A DNA stretch of 33,644 nt from Nemertoderma westbladi (lineage: Eukaryota; Animalia; Xenacoelomorpha): contig JAUCBJ010005706.1 of assembly GCA_032718475.1 (NCBI GenBank), forward strand, positions 1 to 33,644. The letters run 5' to 3'. The translations under genes were made by a program, and so were the position numbers. This document shows positions 31,859 to 33,644 of the stretch, in pieces. A model generated the notes under the pieces. It was given only the letters and a program-made list of their open reading frames with translations. It ran no database searches and was not told where the DNA came from. The first letter of the stretch is position 1. Each line of letters opens with the position of its first letter.

Positions 31859-33644
31859 TGTTCGCGCTTTCAGACCTTTGGCAGTTTAACCCACCAAATT
31901 AAGATGTCTTCTAGATATTAAATCAGTTTTTAGTCTATGACAAGTATTTGATTCACTACACTAGTCGAAACCAATCCGTGCGCGACCATTCACCCGCTGG
32001 ATATTCCCGGGAGATTGGGTTCGACGGTTTAATTTTATTGCTATGTAAGCCTAATGTATTATTCGACTGACAGTATTATATAATCTCTGACAATATTATT
32101 CACCTTCGGGAATATTAACAGTTCCTTTAGGACGTGGCGCTTTATCTATATAAACAGAGTTATGACTTAAACTACTCACAACGATATGGCTTAATTATAA
32201 TTCACATATATGGCGCATTCTTTAGGAATTGCTTCTTTAACAGACTCACTCATACACAATGCTGCACAATACTGCACACTAATCTGCCAATCTTCACTGA
32301 TTTTAGTCACATATAAAAGGAACACAGACTGAATCATGTAGGGTCTATCAAATAACATTAGATTCACTTCAAACCACTTTAACATAAGTCACAATCGTTT
32401 ATCTGTAACCCTTCTCTCTTACCTTCGGTATATCAAGAATATTGGGTTTCGGGGTTATTTATCGTTATTCCAAATATAATAATTCATCAACCATATTATG
32501 AAGAACTGACAGTAAATAGCAGTATAAAACAACAACTGAACACTGATTGTTATGAGTTTGCAATGTTTCAGCAGTCAGTATGTATGATCAGTTAGCAGGT
32601 GATTCCATGAGTCAGGTAGTCGTTAGGTTAAAGGATATATGCCCTTTATAATTAAACCTACTAGTGTAAGACTAAAAAACAGTAAAGCACAAAATACTTC
32701 CAAGCCGTTCTTTCTTTGGCTCAGGACTGAATGTAAACACTGCACATAGGCATTGCGTCATTTCTCGGAAATTTTCTGTACAAGGAGCCACAAAAACGCT
32801 CTAATTGGCTGACTGAACTGAGAGACGCCGTAGAACAAAGGAAATCAACACGTATGAATGTCAGCTGTTAACCGTAGTCATAGTAACTACTGTTCAAGAG
32901 TAGCTATCACCCCTTTGCGTCACGAATTGCCATAGATTCATAAAATATGCCTTTCACAGTACACATACGGAGGAAATAGGTCTTAGATCCTCTAAAAACA
33001 CCGATACAGCAATAATACGGTCTCTTACACTTATTAAATCAACTACAGAGTATTTTAATGTAAAAGATAATAAAAATAACGGGGCAATTCAGCAAAGGCT
33101 TTTACACCGCTCCCAGAAAATGGGATTTTCAGTCTATAGAATATAAAAATCACAGTTTCTAAAACATAAAGATACTCTAAACAGTTAGTCTTTCTTACGC
33201 AGACGGCGTTTACGCAGTTTTTTGAGGCTAGCAAGAGTCTTTTTCTCTTTGGGGGGAGCCACTTTACTAGGAGGGCCATAACTCCTGGGTGAAGGGTGCA
33301 ATATGATTGCATCAGAAGGTGTAGGATTGTGGTCGAGGTATCTACCGTTTCGATATGCTTCTCCTCGAGCTGATTTTCCTCCGCTCGTAGCTGGATACGT
33401 TCATCCAAAAACTCTCGCAGAGAATAGGATCGTCCAAGTTCGATAACTTCTTAGAGATTCTGGATTTCCCAATCGAATTGAGATAAGGCCAATTCGTTTA
33501 TCGATTGGACTCACCGTTATAACTTACGTTTATCTGAACAAACGCAGGTTTCCTTTTTGATCTTTATAAAATAGCGTTTAACTCGTTTCGTACAACGCTC
33601 TCCTTCCCCTTGATGAGGGGTTGTATCGTGTTAAACGTGGACGA
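31859..33644 (-). repeat. 5' LTR of the BEL element (partial)
   Basis: No differences from 21175-22960 in spot checks, and the three embedded ORF translations are identical. Confidence 0.93.

Larger units (their letters stand above)
21175..33644 (-). mobile_element. BEL/Pao LTR retrotransposon, internally deleted (no RT or IN); 5' LTR runs off the window
   Basis: A direct repeat starting TGTTCGCGC at 21175 and 31859 (offset 10684) flanks a BEL-type Gag-PR ORF. Confidence 0.92.

Noticed and set aside
21175-33644. Simple segmental duplication or assembly duplication of 21175-22960
   Set aside because: Both copies begin sharply at TGT with unrelated left flanks and bracket a BEL Gag-PR ORF, which fits LTRs. 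The TSD cannot be checked within the window.

Overview
AT-rich, repeat-dense eukaryotic (probably invertebrate animal) genomic DNA. There are two divergently oriented host genes: an intronless WBP4/FBP21-like U1-type zinc-finger gene lacking WW domains (10482-11246, -) and a two-exon PA28/REG-gamma (PSME3-like) proteasome activator gene (14802-16138, +). The rest is mostly mobile DNA. It includes a Helentron/HINE-like element with a 315-bp tandem array (1-1265), a complete young Ty3/Gypsy (Mag-like) LTR retrotransposon with AATAG TSD (2418-6929, -), LINE fragments, foldback/MITE-like elements, a solo LTR and a tRNA-derived SINE. A large BEL/Pao element (21175 to window end, -) has apparently identical, very long LTRs (at least 1.8 kb, probably about 4 kb) and a 1483-aa Gag-protease ORF from which RT and integrase are missing. 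The most notable signal is that neither LTR element has a TGG-type tRNA primer-binding site. In both, the sequence abutting the 5' LTR is the exact reverse complement of a segment inside that LTR (15 nt in the Gypsy, 11 nt in the BEL), in the geometry required for Tf1-style self-primed reverse transcription.
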